NCBI GenBank assembly: GCA_051294375.1
Contig: CM119271.1
Span: 5,118,724-5,182,723 of the forward strand
DNA from: Paraspadella gotoi
Lineage: Eukaryota > Animalia > Chaetognatha
Reading direction: 5' to 3'
Length of the DNA stretch: 64,000 nucleotides
Shown: positions 51,349 to 64,000 of the stretch, in pieces
How positions within the stretch are numbered: the first letter of the stretch is position 1
Layout of the letters: every line of letters begins with the position of its first letter
Notes under the pieces: model-generated
Seen by the model: the letters and a program-made list of their open reading frames with translations, nothing else
Databases searched by the model: none
Told to the model about the DNA's origin: nothing
Program-made: the position numbers and the translations under genes

Positions 51349-53057
51349 CTTTCATCCTTCCTATCACGGATCTGTTGTGGTCCCTCCATCGTTTCAATAC
51401 GTCCAAACGGTCCAAATTTTCTTTCCAATAGGGGTGAGTATCTTCGGGACTGAAAAAAAAAAAGATGGATGATGGTAGGCTGGTATAGACTTTTTCTTTT
51501 TTACGCAAATAATAGTCATTCTTACTAATCTTTCACGTCTAGTATGAAGCAAAGATGAGCCCAATCTCGCCAAAATGAAGCCAACGGACTTTTGTAACGA
51601 AACGCCAATACGAAAGAATCCTAATTCCCATAATAAATTTTAATTAATTTCTAATAATTTTACATTAATAAAAATTATTATTTTTTTTTTTTTTTTGCGC
51701 TTCTAACCGTATCGTTTTGATGCACGCGCGCGCTAACGTCCGTTCGAGCTTCGTTAAATACTCGTCTCACGTTGAAATGATAGAAAGAAATATTGCAAAA
51801 TTTCGCGTTTTCCAAGACGATCGCTTAATTAATTAATTAATTAATTAATTAAAATTTTTTTAACAAAAAAAAAAAAAATTTTGTAAATTTTTTTTTAATT
51901 TTTTTTTGTTAATTAATTAATTAATTAATTAATTAAAAGTAAATTTTTTTTTTATTTTTCTAACCTCCCATAATTATAGGTTTATTGAGCGTACAGACGT
52001 TTTTTTCAAACTTGATGAAGATCAAAGAATCGCTCAAAATCTTGCAAGAATGAAAATCGGCTCGGTGCATGGCTCGTTGAGCGAGGGGTTTGTCAAAGTA
52101 TAAGCGCACATTGTGTTTACCACGAACATTTTCGATACTCTGTACATAAATAATTTTATTATTAAAATTTGTTATATTATTTTAATATATTACTATACTC
52201 CCCTTTCCGTACAAGGAATTTATCAAAAGCTTGAAATGATTTTTCAAGTAGTCCGATTGGGCTTCGTTTCTCTTCCGAGTAAAATGATCCACGAAAGGTT
52301 CGATATATTTCCTTTGTTGATAGCGAAATCCCATGCTTATTTTTCGAACCTCGTATCCCAAATCGAGACACAACTTCAAAACCATATAATTAATAACGTA
52401 ATCCTTTTTTTCCCCCACGCAACATATCAATTTAGGGTAAATGCCTAATTTTATCCCATATTTTTTAGCCAATTTAACGGTGCGCGGACTCAATTCGTTT
52501 TCGGGAACTGCTCGTTTATCGGCGATGGGAGGGTAACCGCTCATAGAAGAATGCAAATGATCCGGTAAATATGTCGCATTCGACTATGAAACCGATATCC
52601 GCTTCATGGGTCCAATTTTTGTAACGACCGTCTTGGGTCATTACAAAAATTTCCGCGAGTTCCTCCGGAGAAAGACTTTTAAAATCTTTCCAGGGTACAG
52701 GGATATTTCATGGCGCGACCGTACAAATTCTAAAATAATTAAAAAATAGCTAAGAATGATAGAAAGATGAAAAGAGAAAAAAGCGACGACTACTATTATT
52801 ACCGTAAAGTCTTGATACATCAAGAAGCAACTACCGTCGTCCTCCTCGCCCCCCTCCTCTGAGGAATCGAAACCGACTTCGCGATTGTTGGCCCGAGCGT
52901 GACGTTCGGAAACGGTACAAACGCCTCCTCGTATCATTCTTTCATATGTTAAATATTGGAGGGATTCCGATTCGCTGAACAAGGGAATCTCGACTTTGGT
53001 CATCGAGAGAAAAATATCTAGTCCGATACCCGCAAAGCCGTAATAGTGGGTGGGCTT
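51349..53057 (-). pseudogene. Intron-containing protein-primed PolB, copy 2 (divergent relative of copy 1)
   Basis: IRGGVCTVSERHARANN..YQDFT^NLYG..KLLINSLYGK^SIENVR..LNKPIIMG^A..NDT^DS..DY^PEDTHPY..IGRMK^; introns 52730-52802, 52140-52202 (GG donor), 51824-51964, 51621-51707, 51450-51525. Confidence 0.92.
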
Positions 53058-54224
53058 ATCCTTATCACTGATGGCCAGAAGGTGTAAACTTATATCTCTG
53101 ACATCTCTTAATTGACGTTGAGAAGGGAGTCTGTAATGATGAACTCGATTTGTATCGAGTTCATGTGAATTTTGGTCGGCTTCATGGACGAGCCCGAAGT
53201 CAACGTTTTAGGTAAAAAAAAACTCCTCCTAGTTTGCTCATAAGTAAATGCCCCAGGATTTCTAATTAAAAAATGGGACGTTTGTTAGTACTATTGGGGA
53301 CATTTCAATGGTACTTTGCTCGTTTTCGTATTCATTGGTCAGTGGTCAATGGTCACGTTTGAATATTCGTGAGCCACCACCACCTCCTTAACACGAGTTT
53401 CGTCGTCGTCGTTGTTGTTGTCTTGACATCTTGGAATTAAATTCGAATATATTGGACCATCGTGGTCAGTTTCTCTCTCATTTGTACGATGCACTTCGAA
53501 AAACGTTGTCTCCTCTTCATTGTTGTTTGCGTTTCTAAATTCATTGTCCCACAAATACTCCCCCCTTCGTTTTCATCTTCAGAAAACGTTGATTCCCAAT
53601 CATTGTTTGAATAATAAATATTCTGACGGGTTATCTGATAATTGGTTTTTTTTTTAATTTTTATCAAGTTAGTCAAATTTTTTTTATCGTGATTGTTGAT
53701 CAGATAGTTCTTTAGTTTTTATATTGCGCCGTGAATGTGTACTGATAACAGGATTTGGCGAGAATGTGTACTGATAACACAATTTGGCGAGAATATCAAT
53801 GTCTATATCTCTATGGTTTTTTCCTATTTTTGAAAGCAGTTTCGAATTCCTCATGAAAAGTTGATAAAAGGAAATATTACTCTTTTTAGAAAATTATTTC
53901 ATTAAGTGGATCAAAATCCTAAAAAACTATTATCATTAACTTATGATTAAATTTTAGTATAAAAAATATAGTTCTTGGAATTTTTGGCTAACTTAATGAA
54001 ATAATTTTTGATTAAGACTTATATTTTTTTTGATGAGGAATTCAAATCTGCTTTCAAAACTAAAAAAAAAATATTTTAAAATTTTGACAATGTATAAATA
54101 TGGGCGTATGCGAAAATTGTAAAATTTCAAAATAATAATAATAATATAATTTAATGTTCTTTGGTCCAAGACTTCATGATTAACTATTCGAATTTTGATT
54201 TGCAACTTTCACTACGCCTTACTA

Positions 54225-54319
54225 ATCAGCGAGAGATCGAGATCGATTAAAAGTAATTGTGACTCAATCGGTCCCCGATTTTACCACTGCAGTTTTGATC
54301 GGCTTTATATTATCTCTCT
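54225..54319 (-). mobile_element. Diverged Polinton-like terminus facing left, near the right edge of the cluster
   Basis: Reverse complement agagagataatataaagccg..ctgcag..ggggaccgatt..ctctcgct resembles TIR types A/B. Confidence 0.5.
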
Positions 54320-55164
54320 CCTCTCCATCTTTCCCCCATCGGATCCGCCTCTCTCCGGAATTCAAATGGGAGTGAAATGAAAAGAATTGTTATAACTCTT
54401 AACTGACTGACTGTGATTAATATTTGTTCACTTCATTAGTTGGAAAAGTCCCTTACGTTTATGTTCCCATAAAGCAAATTGATAATACTTCACATCATAG
54501 CAACTGGTGCGCTTGCCTTCCAGCAGCTTTTTTTGCGACATTTTATCCCTCTTATTTGATAATTCAATTTTAAACTCATTGTGAAAAAAATTGAGACAAT
54601 TATTTTAAATATTTTTACATTTATTAGTTAGTATAATGTCTTGGGAGCATGACAAAAAAATCTTATTAATATAATTCAAGGTTTAGTTAGGCAATAGGCT
54701 CTTGCCAGATCATTGTTCTTTTGTAATTTTTTTTCACGCTGAAATTTATTTTTTATAAGTTTTAACTAAAAAACTATAAAATGAAAAAGGCTGTCATTGT
54801 GCTTGTGAATAAGTTTTTGACATTCAGATTGCTCAGGCACATACTCCTAGGTCTATACCTGAAAGATAAAACGAAATTTTTCAAACATTTTATTTTTTTA
54901 TAAAAATATATGTCATAACAGGAAGGTACTATTCAAATGCAAAAATTTTTTTTTTAATTCTAACATGCCATTGATGAGCACATAACTCAGAAAATAAGCG
55001 AGCTGGACTACTCCCATTTGAAATCCGTGTAAAAACATTTTTTTCTTTCCTAAATATTGCTTGCAGACGCTTTTTTTAAAATTGTTTTTAGATGCTGTGA
55101 TAATAAAAACCATGTTTTCCATGTAATAAAATAATTCCTTTGTAATTTATTCTCTTTTGTGTAC

Positions 55165-55204
<40 letters not shown>

Positions 55205-55539
55205 TTAATGAATGCGTTGATAGTTATGTATCAGCCAAATCTTTTGTCGGCCGATGGTTTAAATGTAGAATATTTAGAATATGTAGATTTTTTAAACTTT
55301 CTATTAGCAGGCTTTTCTATTTGCGAGCTGAAGACCCTTCCAAATGGTCTTGTTGTTCGGAATGCAGTGTTAAAGTAAAGTAGTTACAATAATAATAGTA
55401 ATTATGTAAACAAAATGGCGAAACAAAAGGCTAATTCAAAACGAGCGCCAGCGCCTCTAGCGACGGAGAAACCAAAACATCCAATTTTCGTCAATGATGA
55501 TGGAAAAAAGTAAACAATGAAAATAAGCCCGGAAAAAAA

Positions 55540-55584
<45 letters not shown>

Positions 55585-55907
55585 TTCAGCCTTCATCTCT
55601 TCATCTGCCCTCTCCCCTTAAAAGAAAACCTCTCTCCGTTCCTCTTCCCTATTCCGTCTTTTCTCTTAATTGTTTCTCACAATCCCGTGTTCCAGGCGAT
55701 GAGAGTCTCGTCCCTCGACGTCACGAGTCAACGACGAAAAGCGTTCCCATTGGTCGAATATCTTTCGACGACGACATCCTTCTGGACCAATCGGGGAAAG
55801 GCGACGAAATCATGATTCGAGGAAAAGAGAAGAAAAAGAAAAAGAGAAAAAAAAAAATTCCGTTTTCCTTTGGAACTTCCTGAATCACGAACTCGAGGGC
55901 GGAAACG

Positions 55908-55947
<40 letters not shown>

Positions 55948-56859
55948 AGAAGAGAGAGAGACGAGAGAGTGTTGGATATTCCGAACGGCCGCGTCGGAGG
56001 TGAAAGCCTTCCCAGCCAAAGGTCATAAAATTAGAAAACACAGAGAGTCGTAAAATCATGGCGCACGCCATACAGCGTCTCAGCCCATGAAATCTTGGCT
56101 CGGGCCTCTCTCTCTCTCTCTCTCTCGTCTCTCTCATCTCTCTTCTCTCTCTCTCTCCTCTCTCTTTACTTTAGAAAGCGAGTTTTTGAAACGGCCATGA
56201 TACTGCGGTTCTGTCTCTGTGACTGTCACCGCTCTCTCTCCTCTCTCTCCAGTCCGTCTCTCTCTCTCTCTGCTCTCTCTCTCTCTCTCATCCTCTCTCG
56301 TCTCTTCCGCGTCAACGGCCGCCGGATTTCGGGGGGGATGAGTTGACTTTTTGACACGGACAGGCAGGCGAATAGCAAATAATGCTCAGCAAGAGAGAAG
56401 GACCGATGAATGGACCTTGGGGAGGACGCCGAACCACGCCGACCTGACTCTGACACAGCGAAGGATCGTATGCAGCGCCGACCTCGTCCTCATACCCGTC
56501 CTGGCGCTGCTTTCACTGGCCCGCAGTTGAACATCGAAATGGACAACCACATTCACGACGCGCGCCTGCACGGTAAGCTGCGACTAGCCTATCTCAGCCA
56601 GCAGCTGACTCTTGTGCGGCAGGTCTGCGTCTTCGCATCGGTCGATCGCTTAGATCGTCCGGGATCTCTCCTCGTCTCCTCTCTCTTCTCTTCTCTCCCC
56701 TCTCTCTCCGTCTCGGGTCTCTGCTCCCCACCTCTCCTCTCTCTCGTCGATCCGCCCTTTCCTCCGCCTCCTTTCACATCGTTTCCTTTGGCCTGGCAGG
56801 TGACCGAGAGACCGTTGCGCAGAGACGGAAGAAACGAAGAAGGAGGAAGGGGAGGGGGA

Positions 56860-58260
56860 GAACTATGTGGAGGAGGAAGGGAAGGAATCAAGAGAAGATG
56901 TGAGGGAGGAAGGGGAGGAATTAAGAGAAGATGTGAGGGAGGCAAGGGAGGAATTAAGAGAAGATGTGAGGGAGGAAGGGAGGAAATCAAGAGACAGATG
57001 TGACGGGAGGAAAGGGAGGACATTAAGAGACAGATGCTGAGGGAGGAAGGAGGAATTAAGAGAAAGATGTGAGGGAGGAAGGGAGGAATTAAAGAGAAGA
57101 TGTGAGGGAGAAAGGAGGAATTAAGAGAAGATGTGAGGGAGGAAGGGAGGAATTAAGAGAAGATTGTGAGGGAGTGAAAGGAATCAAGAGAAGATGTGAG
57201 GGAGGTAAGGAGCGAATTGAAGAGAAGATGTGAGGGAGGAAGGGAGGAATTAAGAGAAGATGTGAGGGAGGGAAGGGAGGAATCTAAGCAAGAAGATGTG
57301 AGGGAGGACAGGAGAATTAAGAGAAAGATGTGAGGGAGTGAAGGGAGGAATAAGAGAAGATGTGAGGAGAAGGGAGGAATTAAGAGAAGATGTGACGGGA
57401 GGAAGGAGGAATTAAGAGAAGATTTGAGGAGGCAAGGCGAGGAATAAGAGAATTAGTGAGGGAGAAAGGAGGGAATTAAGAAGAAGATGTGAGGGAGGAA
57501 GGGAGGAATTTAAGAGAAGATGTGAGGAGGAAGGGAGGAATTTAAGAGAAGATGTGAGGGAAGGAAGGGAGGGAATTAAGAGGATGTGAGGGAAGGAAGG
57601 GAGGGAATTAAGAGAACGATGTGAGGGAGGAAGGGAGGAATTAAGAGAAGATGTGAGGGAGAAGGAGAATTAAGAGAGATCGTGAGGGAGGAAGGGAGGA
57701 CATTAAGAGAAGATGTGACGGAGAAGGGAGGAATTAAGAGAAGATGTGAGGGAGGAAGGGGGATTAAGAGAAGATGTGAGGGAGGAAGGGAGGAATTAAG
57801 AGAAGATGTGAGGGAGGAACGGGAGGACATTACAGAGAAGATGTGAGGAGGAGGAGGACTTAAGAAGAGATGTGAGGGAGGAAGGGACAGGAATTAGAGA
57901 AACGATGTGAGGGAGGAAGGAGGATAGAGATGTGAGGGGAGAAGGGGGAGGAGTGGAGAAGATGTAGGGAGGGAGAATGGTAGGATAAGGAGAGAAGATG
58001 TGAGGGGAGGAAGGGAGGAATTAAGTTGAGAAGATTGTGTGAGGGAGGAAGGGAGGAATTAAGAGAAGATGTGAGGAGGAAGGGGGAATTAAGAGGATGT
58101 GAGGGAGGAAGGAGGAATTAAGAGAAGAATGTGAGGGAAGGAGGAGGAATAAGAGAAAGCATGTGAGGGAAGGGAGGAATTAAAGAAGATGTGAGGGAGG
58201 AGGAATTTAATGAGAAGATGTGAGGGAGGCAGGGAGGAATTAAGACGAAGGTGAGGAGAG
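56860..58260. repeat. Purine-rich ~32-bp minisatellite
   Basis: gagggaggaagggaggaattaagagaagatgt repeated roughly 40 times, noisy. Confidence 0.95.
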
Positions 58261-59979
58261 GAAGATAGGATAGAGCATATCTACATGTAGAGTTAAACAG
58301 GCAGGTTTTCTGGAAACGAAAGCACAAAGTAACATAATTAAGGCGGCGGTCAAAATTGAACACTTTTTATAACTTTTAATTCTCTCAAAAAAATTCCTTT
58401 TTTCCTTATTATCTACTAATCGATTTTCACTGTAACTTTTTGAATTGTTCATTGGGTTGTTGCACTGAAGCTTTTAAATATTTATTAATATATAACAAAT
58501 GACAAAAAAATTTTTTTTAAAAATTAGTTTTTTAAAGAACGGATTCCTTAGAGCTTGAAAAGTTAAATGAAAGTTAGTACTACATTTTTTTTTTAACAAT
58601 TTTGACAAGAAAATTGGGTTTAAAAACAGAAAAAACGTTAAAAAATCAATCATCATCATCATATCATTGCTGAATTTTATAGTTTTTTTTAAATTTTTAT
58701 CAAATAAATCAAAAAAATTTTTACAAATTTGTATTAATAACCTTCATCTAACTTTTAAAGCTCTATCAGAAATCCATTAAAAAACAATTGAAAAAATTAA
58801 AAAAATTTTAATTTATATAGTAATAAAATATCTTTAAATGCTTCCGTGCTTATTAATAAGATAATTTTTTTAAATTATTTTTTATTTCATATTCTCTAAC
58901 AGTCACTTTATCATTATTTATTTGATCGAGAACTTCTAAGTTTTCAACCTGTTCCGGCCTACGTAACTAATGACATACATAGCAAGAGATCGACACATAA
59001 GGAAAAGATATATATTTACATTACAGTGATTGTTAGGAAATCAATTAAGTCGCAGGCGATACAGCAAGAGAACAACAAAGTAACATGTTATAGCAGTGAG
59101 ATGTTTTTATCGGAATTGTGTTATCTTTTCTTTTTTTTGTGGGTAATTTTTTTATTATCTATAGTAGGCATTGCTTTATTTTTGTTCAGTTCATTTTAGC
59201 ATAATAGTAAATCTATAAAGTTTTTTGGTTTTTTTGGATTGTGGGTCATTCGCTGCTCGGGTTCTTGTTCGTACATTTTCCGTGTTTAGAAGTCATATGC
59301 ATGTTTTAGATAAGCTATCAATCTATCACACGAATGAAGGCATTTCCCGAAAAAACCCTGACTCAGACAGAACCTTCTTCTGTCGTGTAACAACCTCGAC
59401 CGCGACTTTTCAGGGAGAAAATAAAGATTTTGAGAAATCAAATTTGTGGCGGGAAAAAGTCGATCCTTCGATTCTGAGGTTAAAGAACCCAGGCATCTTG
59501 GAGGGAAGAAAAGTGGAGACGAAAAGAAAGGTCGAGGAGCCTATCTATTCGGTATAAAGTGAAGGGGGGAGGTAGATAGGGAAGAAAAAGAAAGTTAAGG
59601 TGTCGATGCGCAATAAAGAGAAGAGAAGAGAGAAGTGGAGAAGAAAAGAAAGGTCGAGGAGCCAATTCATTCGGTATAAAGTGAAGGGGGGGTAGAAAGG
59701 GAAGAAAAAGAAAGTTAAGGTGTCGATGCGCAATAAAGAGAAGAGAAGAGAAAGGAAGGAAGGAAGGAAGGAAAAATGAGAAAGGAGGTAGGGAAAAGAG
59801 AAGAGAAAAAGGTGAGTGACCGAGAAAAATCATTAAATGAAGAAGAGAAAAAGTATAATAGGAAAGTAATAAATAGTAATAAATAGTAAAGCCTTTATAA
59901 AATATAAGAATAGAAAATAGCGAAACAAGTAATTTTTGCAAATTTTCATAANNNNNNNNNNNNNNNNNNNNNNNNNAAA

Positions 59980-60905
59980 GGAGAGAGATGTCGTCGTCAT
60001 CGTCATCCTTCCACGATCGTACTCATGCGATCGTCATTGTCGTAGTCCTCCATCTCGTCTTGGCATTGGCCATCGTTTTTGGACATCATCTACGTCGTCT
60101 TTATCGTACGTGCGTCGTCAGTCGTCGTCGACTTCGGCCATCGTCGTCCGCAGGAGGTCGGAACCCTCTCTAATTTCATAATCGCGACGATGTTTTTCGG
60201 GCAGACCATTGTCTGTCAAAATTTCTGCTTCGCGAGCGATTCCACTGGCCTCCTGTTCTTTTCCTTCTCCTTTTCCTTTCCTTTTCCTGTCTTTCTTTCC
60301 TTTTCTTTTTCCTTTCCTTTTTCTCTTTCTTTCCTTTTTTTTCTTTTTATTCTTTTCTTTCCTTTTTTTGCCTTTCTTACTTCATGCTTTGTTCCTTTCC
60401 TTTCCCTCTTCTTTCTTTCTTTTTCCCTTTGCCTTTTACGATCTTTCTTTTCTTTCGTTTTTTTCTTTTCTTTCGCTTTTTTCTTGTCCTTCCATTTCAT
60501 TTTCTTTTCCCTGTTCCTTTCTTTCTGTTCTTTGTTTTCTTTCTTTCTTTTCGCCTTGTTCTTTTATTTCTTTCTCTTTCTTTCTTTCTTTTTTCTTTAT
60601 CCTTTCCTTGCCTAATTATTCTTCTCCTCTCTCTCTCTTCTAGGAACGCATTTTTTTTGGCCCTCTCGTTTAATTCTTTTCCACCGCGTCTTTTTTTTTT
60701 CATTCAAAAAAATTAAAATCTATATCTTTTCCACAATATTCTATTTTAAACCATAATAATTATGAAATCGTTCAAGCCAATATAAAAATTATCCGATTCA
60801 CTTCAAATGAAAGGAACTCCTGGCCCCTGATACTTTGGACAGGTCTTTTGGTGTGTTAATAGGGTCTCCAATATCATCTTTAACAAGATAATGAACATAA
60901 GCAGT
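59980..60905. repeat. Dispersed repeat with CT-rich core; inverted partial copies at ~61340-61730 and ~63120-63510
   Basis: Shared ctctctaattcataat..ttctgcttcgcgagcgattcc and ttccttgcctaattattcttctcc segments. Confidence 0.75.
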
Positions 60906-62364
60906 ACCGCTGAACTGTGTCAAGATATAAGACCGTTCTCACAGCTTAGTCTATTCAAGGGTCCAAATCCTCCATTATCAGTAATGTTATTCCTCATGGA
61001 CTTTCATCAAGCAGGAATATTATTTTGCTTTTAAATTTTCAATTTATTTTCTATTCTTCAATGCTTTTTCTTAGTTTTGTAATTTTCCAATTTTTTATTT
61101 GAATTCTTCGACTTTCAAGAAAGCAAAAGACAGAAGTAGTCCACGACGGGCTATCTCAGGCTCGTCTCCTCTCTCTAGACTCTCTCTCGTACTCTCTCAG
61201 TGAAACAGTCTCTCTCTCCTCCAATCGGTCTCTCCTCTATGTCTTCTCTCGATGAACTAACTCTCCTCTTCAAATAATCCAATTCCAATTCTAAAATAGA
61301 CGATGCAGTGAGAGAAGAGGAATAATGTTCATCGTTCGTGACATCGCAGTTTCATTTCGATAGGAAAGAAAAGAAAAAAGAAAAAAGGAAAGAAAGAAGA
61401 AAAAGGAAAGGAAAAAGAAAAGGAAAGAAAGAAGGAAAAGGAAAGGAAAAGGAGAAGGAAAAGAAAGGAGGCAGGGAATCGCTCGCGAAGCAGAAATTGA
61501 AGAATGGCTGCCGAAAAACTCGTGGGATTATGAATTAGAGAGGGTCGACCTCCTGGGACGACGATGGCGAAGTCGACGACGACGACGACGACGACGATAA
61601 AGACGACGAAGATGATGACAAAAACGATGGCAATGCCCAAGAGAGATGAGGACTACGACAATGACGACGATGAGTACGACGTGGAAGATGACGATGACGA
61701 CGACGAAGAAGACGATGAAGCCCAAAAACTGTGACATTTAGTTGTTAAAGTGAAAGTGAATTTCGTAAAAATGAATTAGATCAGAATTTGAGGAATAAAT
61801 TTATAGACGACAGGAGAGAAATCTTCCTATATCCAAATGATTAAGTCTGAACTGCNNNNNNNNNNNNNNNNNNNNNNNNNNNNNNNNNNNNNNNNNNNNN
61901 NNNNNNNNNNNNNNNNNNNNNNNNNNNNNNNNNNNNNNNNNNNNNNNNNNNNNNNNNNNNNNNNNNNNNNNNNNNNNNNNNNNNNNNNNNNNNNNNNNNN
62001 NNNNNNNNNNNNNNNNNNNNNNNNNNNNNNNNNNNNNNNNNNNNNNNNNNNNNNNNNNNNNNNNNNNNNNNNNNNNNNNNNNNNNNNNNNNNNNNNNNNN
62101 NNNNNNNNNNNNNNNNNNNNNNNNGACCTCATAGGGTGAGAATGAGGGAGACAGAGAGAGAGTGGGGAAAAAGGAGATAAATAAGGAAAGAAAGAGAAAA
62201 AAAGAGATAGATAAGAAAAGAAAGAGAAGAAAAGAGATAGATAAGGAAAGAAAGAGAAAAGGGAAAGAACGAAAAGTGACGAAAAAAATAAAAAAGGTAC
62301 GAATTAAATATCAGATGTGAAATGTTTGGAGAAAGACTGATAGAGAGAGAGACGAAAAAAGAAT

Positions 62365-62461
<97 letters not shown>

Positions 62462-64000
62462 CGTGACTATGGCGAAAAATGCAGAAAACTATTAGAAAGT
62501 ATAAAAACACATAAAAAAAGATTACACCAAATTTAACTAAGTTTAGTACATTTACTGCATGTAAATCAACTCTTTCAACAACGCCGCACAGTATGCAGTC
62601 CTACCTTTCCAAAGGTTTCAGCCCGGCGATGATTGCAAAGGCTAAACAGCCTAAACCCTGGAGGAAACGAAGAGAGGTCCCCTTGCATAAAGATGGAGGC
62701 CTTCGCGACCAAAGTCAACGAGAAACTAATAAATTCGTATCGGGTTGTCACCAGTCCGGGCAGCCGCTGCCGCAGACGAACGCCGCAGCCGCCGACCCAG
62801 CCGCTGCGTCAGCCGCCGACGCCGCGGCCGCCGACGCCGCTCACGGTGCTTATAATTTTCTGGGCGTAAAATTCGGGGACTGGAGACCTTGGATCAAAAA
62901 AGTGGGATCAAGGTCTCGCGGAGGAGTTTCCCGCCGCTGCTTTTTTTTCTCGCAGCTGCTGCTGCTGCTGTTAGGATTCAGCAGTTGTCGACGTCGTTGT
63001 TGTTGTTATTATCGTTTTGGTTGTTGTTGCTGTTTTTCNNNNNNNNNNGTGATGAAATGTCATAGGAACTCTTGGAGTGAATAGACTAGCTGTGAGAAGG
63101 TTTTAATTGACAGTTCGAAGGGTACTGCTATGTTATTATCTTGTAAGAGATATGGAGACTTTAACACACCAAAGCCTGTCCAAAGTCAGGGGCGAGGAGC
63201 TTCTTTATTGAATGAATGGATAATTTTTATATTGGTTGAACCGATTTCATAATTTTAGGTTTCAAAATAGAATATGTGGAAAAGATATAGTTTAATTTTT
63301 TGAAGAAAAAAAAAAAGAGCGGAAAAGAATTAAAGAGAGGGCCAAAAAAATGGGTCCTAGAGAGAGAGAGAGGAGAAGAATAATTAGGCAAGGAAAGAAA
63401 AGAAAAAAGAAAGAAAGAAAGAAAGAAGGAAATAAAAGAACAAGAAAAGAAAGAAAGAAACAAAGAAAGAAGAAAAAGGAAAGGAAAAAGAAAAGGAAAG
63501 GAAACTCAGAGACGCGCGCGGTCTCTTGCACGAGAGCCAGTCAACGAGACCTAATATTCGTATACAGTAGGATATATACACATTTACATGGCGCAGTCCG
63601 CCTGCCCGGCCGACGAACAGCGCCGCAGCGCATTCGACCCTCAAACTGCTGCGCTTATGCGCGGGCGCGACAACAGATAATAAGCTTATAATAGTCCGCC
63701 TGACGTCCAGCCGCCGACACGCCCCGGGCCGCCGACGCCCGGCTCACAAACAGGATTGATAATAAATTTATCCCTAGGCGTAAAAAATTCGGGGACTCGC
63801 GAGGTACCTTGCATTGTAGATTCAAGTATAAGATGTGTGGATTCAAGGTCCTCCCTGGGACGTGGAGTTTCCCCTGCCTTGCTGCTTTTTTTTTCTCGCA
63901 GCTGCTAGCTGCTGCTGTTTACAGGTATTCAGCCAGCTTGGTCCCGACGTCTTTGTTTATGGTAGTTGTGCTCATTTACTCGTTTTGGTTGTTGTTTGCC

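Noticed and set aside
8300-54320. A complete autonomous Polinton or giant-virus integration
   Set aside because: No recognisable integrase, packaging ATPase, protease or capsid; both PolBs are truncated and disrupted
54440-55130. Possible transposase exons on the minus strand
   Set aside because: No diagnostic motif could be recognised
55415-56800. Host gene exons (MAKQKANSK.., MDLGEDAEP..)
   Set aside because: Plausible splice sites but no recognisable domain or consistent gene model
59480-63691. Phe/Leu/Ser- or Lys/Arg/Glu-rich ORFs and ORFs across N runs
   Set aside because: Products of CT/AG low-complexity sequence or assembly gaps

Overview
Animal genomic DNA (AT-rich introns, GC-rich exons, AG microsatellites, N gaps, many single-base indels suggesting long-read error). 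0.4-7.9 kb: a spliced MALT1-like paracaspase gene (+). About 8.3-54.3 kb: a dense patchwork of viral and mobile DNA. Most of it derives from a Polinton/Maverick(adintovirus)-like family with intron-rich genes: two decayed protein-primed PolB genes, about 12 AG-starting termini, mucin-like membrane, RING and possibly PC4-like genes, and one complete 7 kb non-autonomous insertion with TIRs and a 6-bp TSD. Interleaved are flavivirus-like NS5 fragments from at least two distinct viruses, one fused in frame to a LINE reverse transcriptase fragment, plus unidentified foreign ORFs. Nearly every coding fragment lies on the minus strand, apart from the right arm of the one intact insertion, so the region resembles a uni-strand piRNA-cluster-like antiviral archive (inference). 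54-64 kb is mostly simple repeats, a minisatellite and dispersed repeats. All homology calls come from motif recognition by eye; no searches were run.
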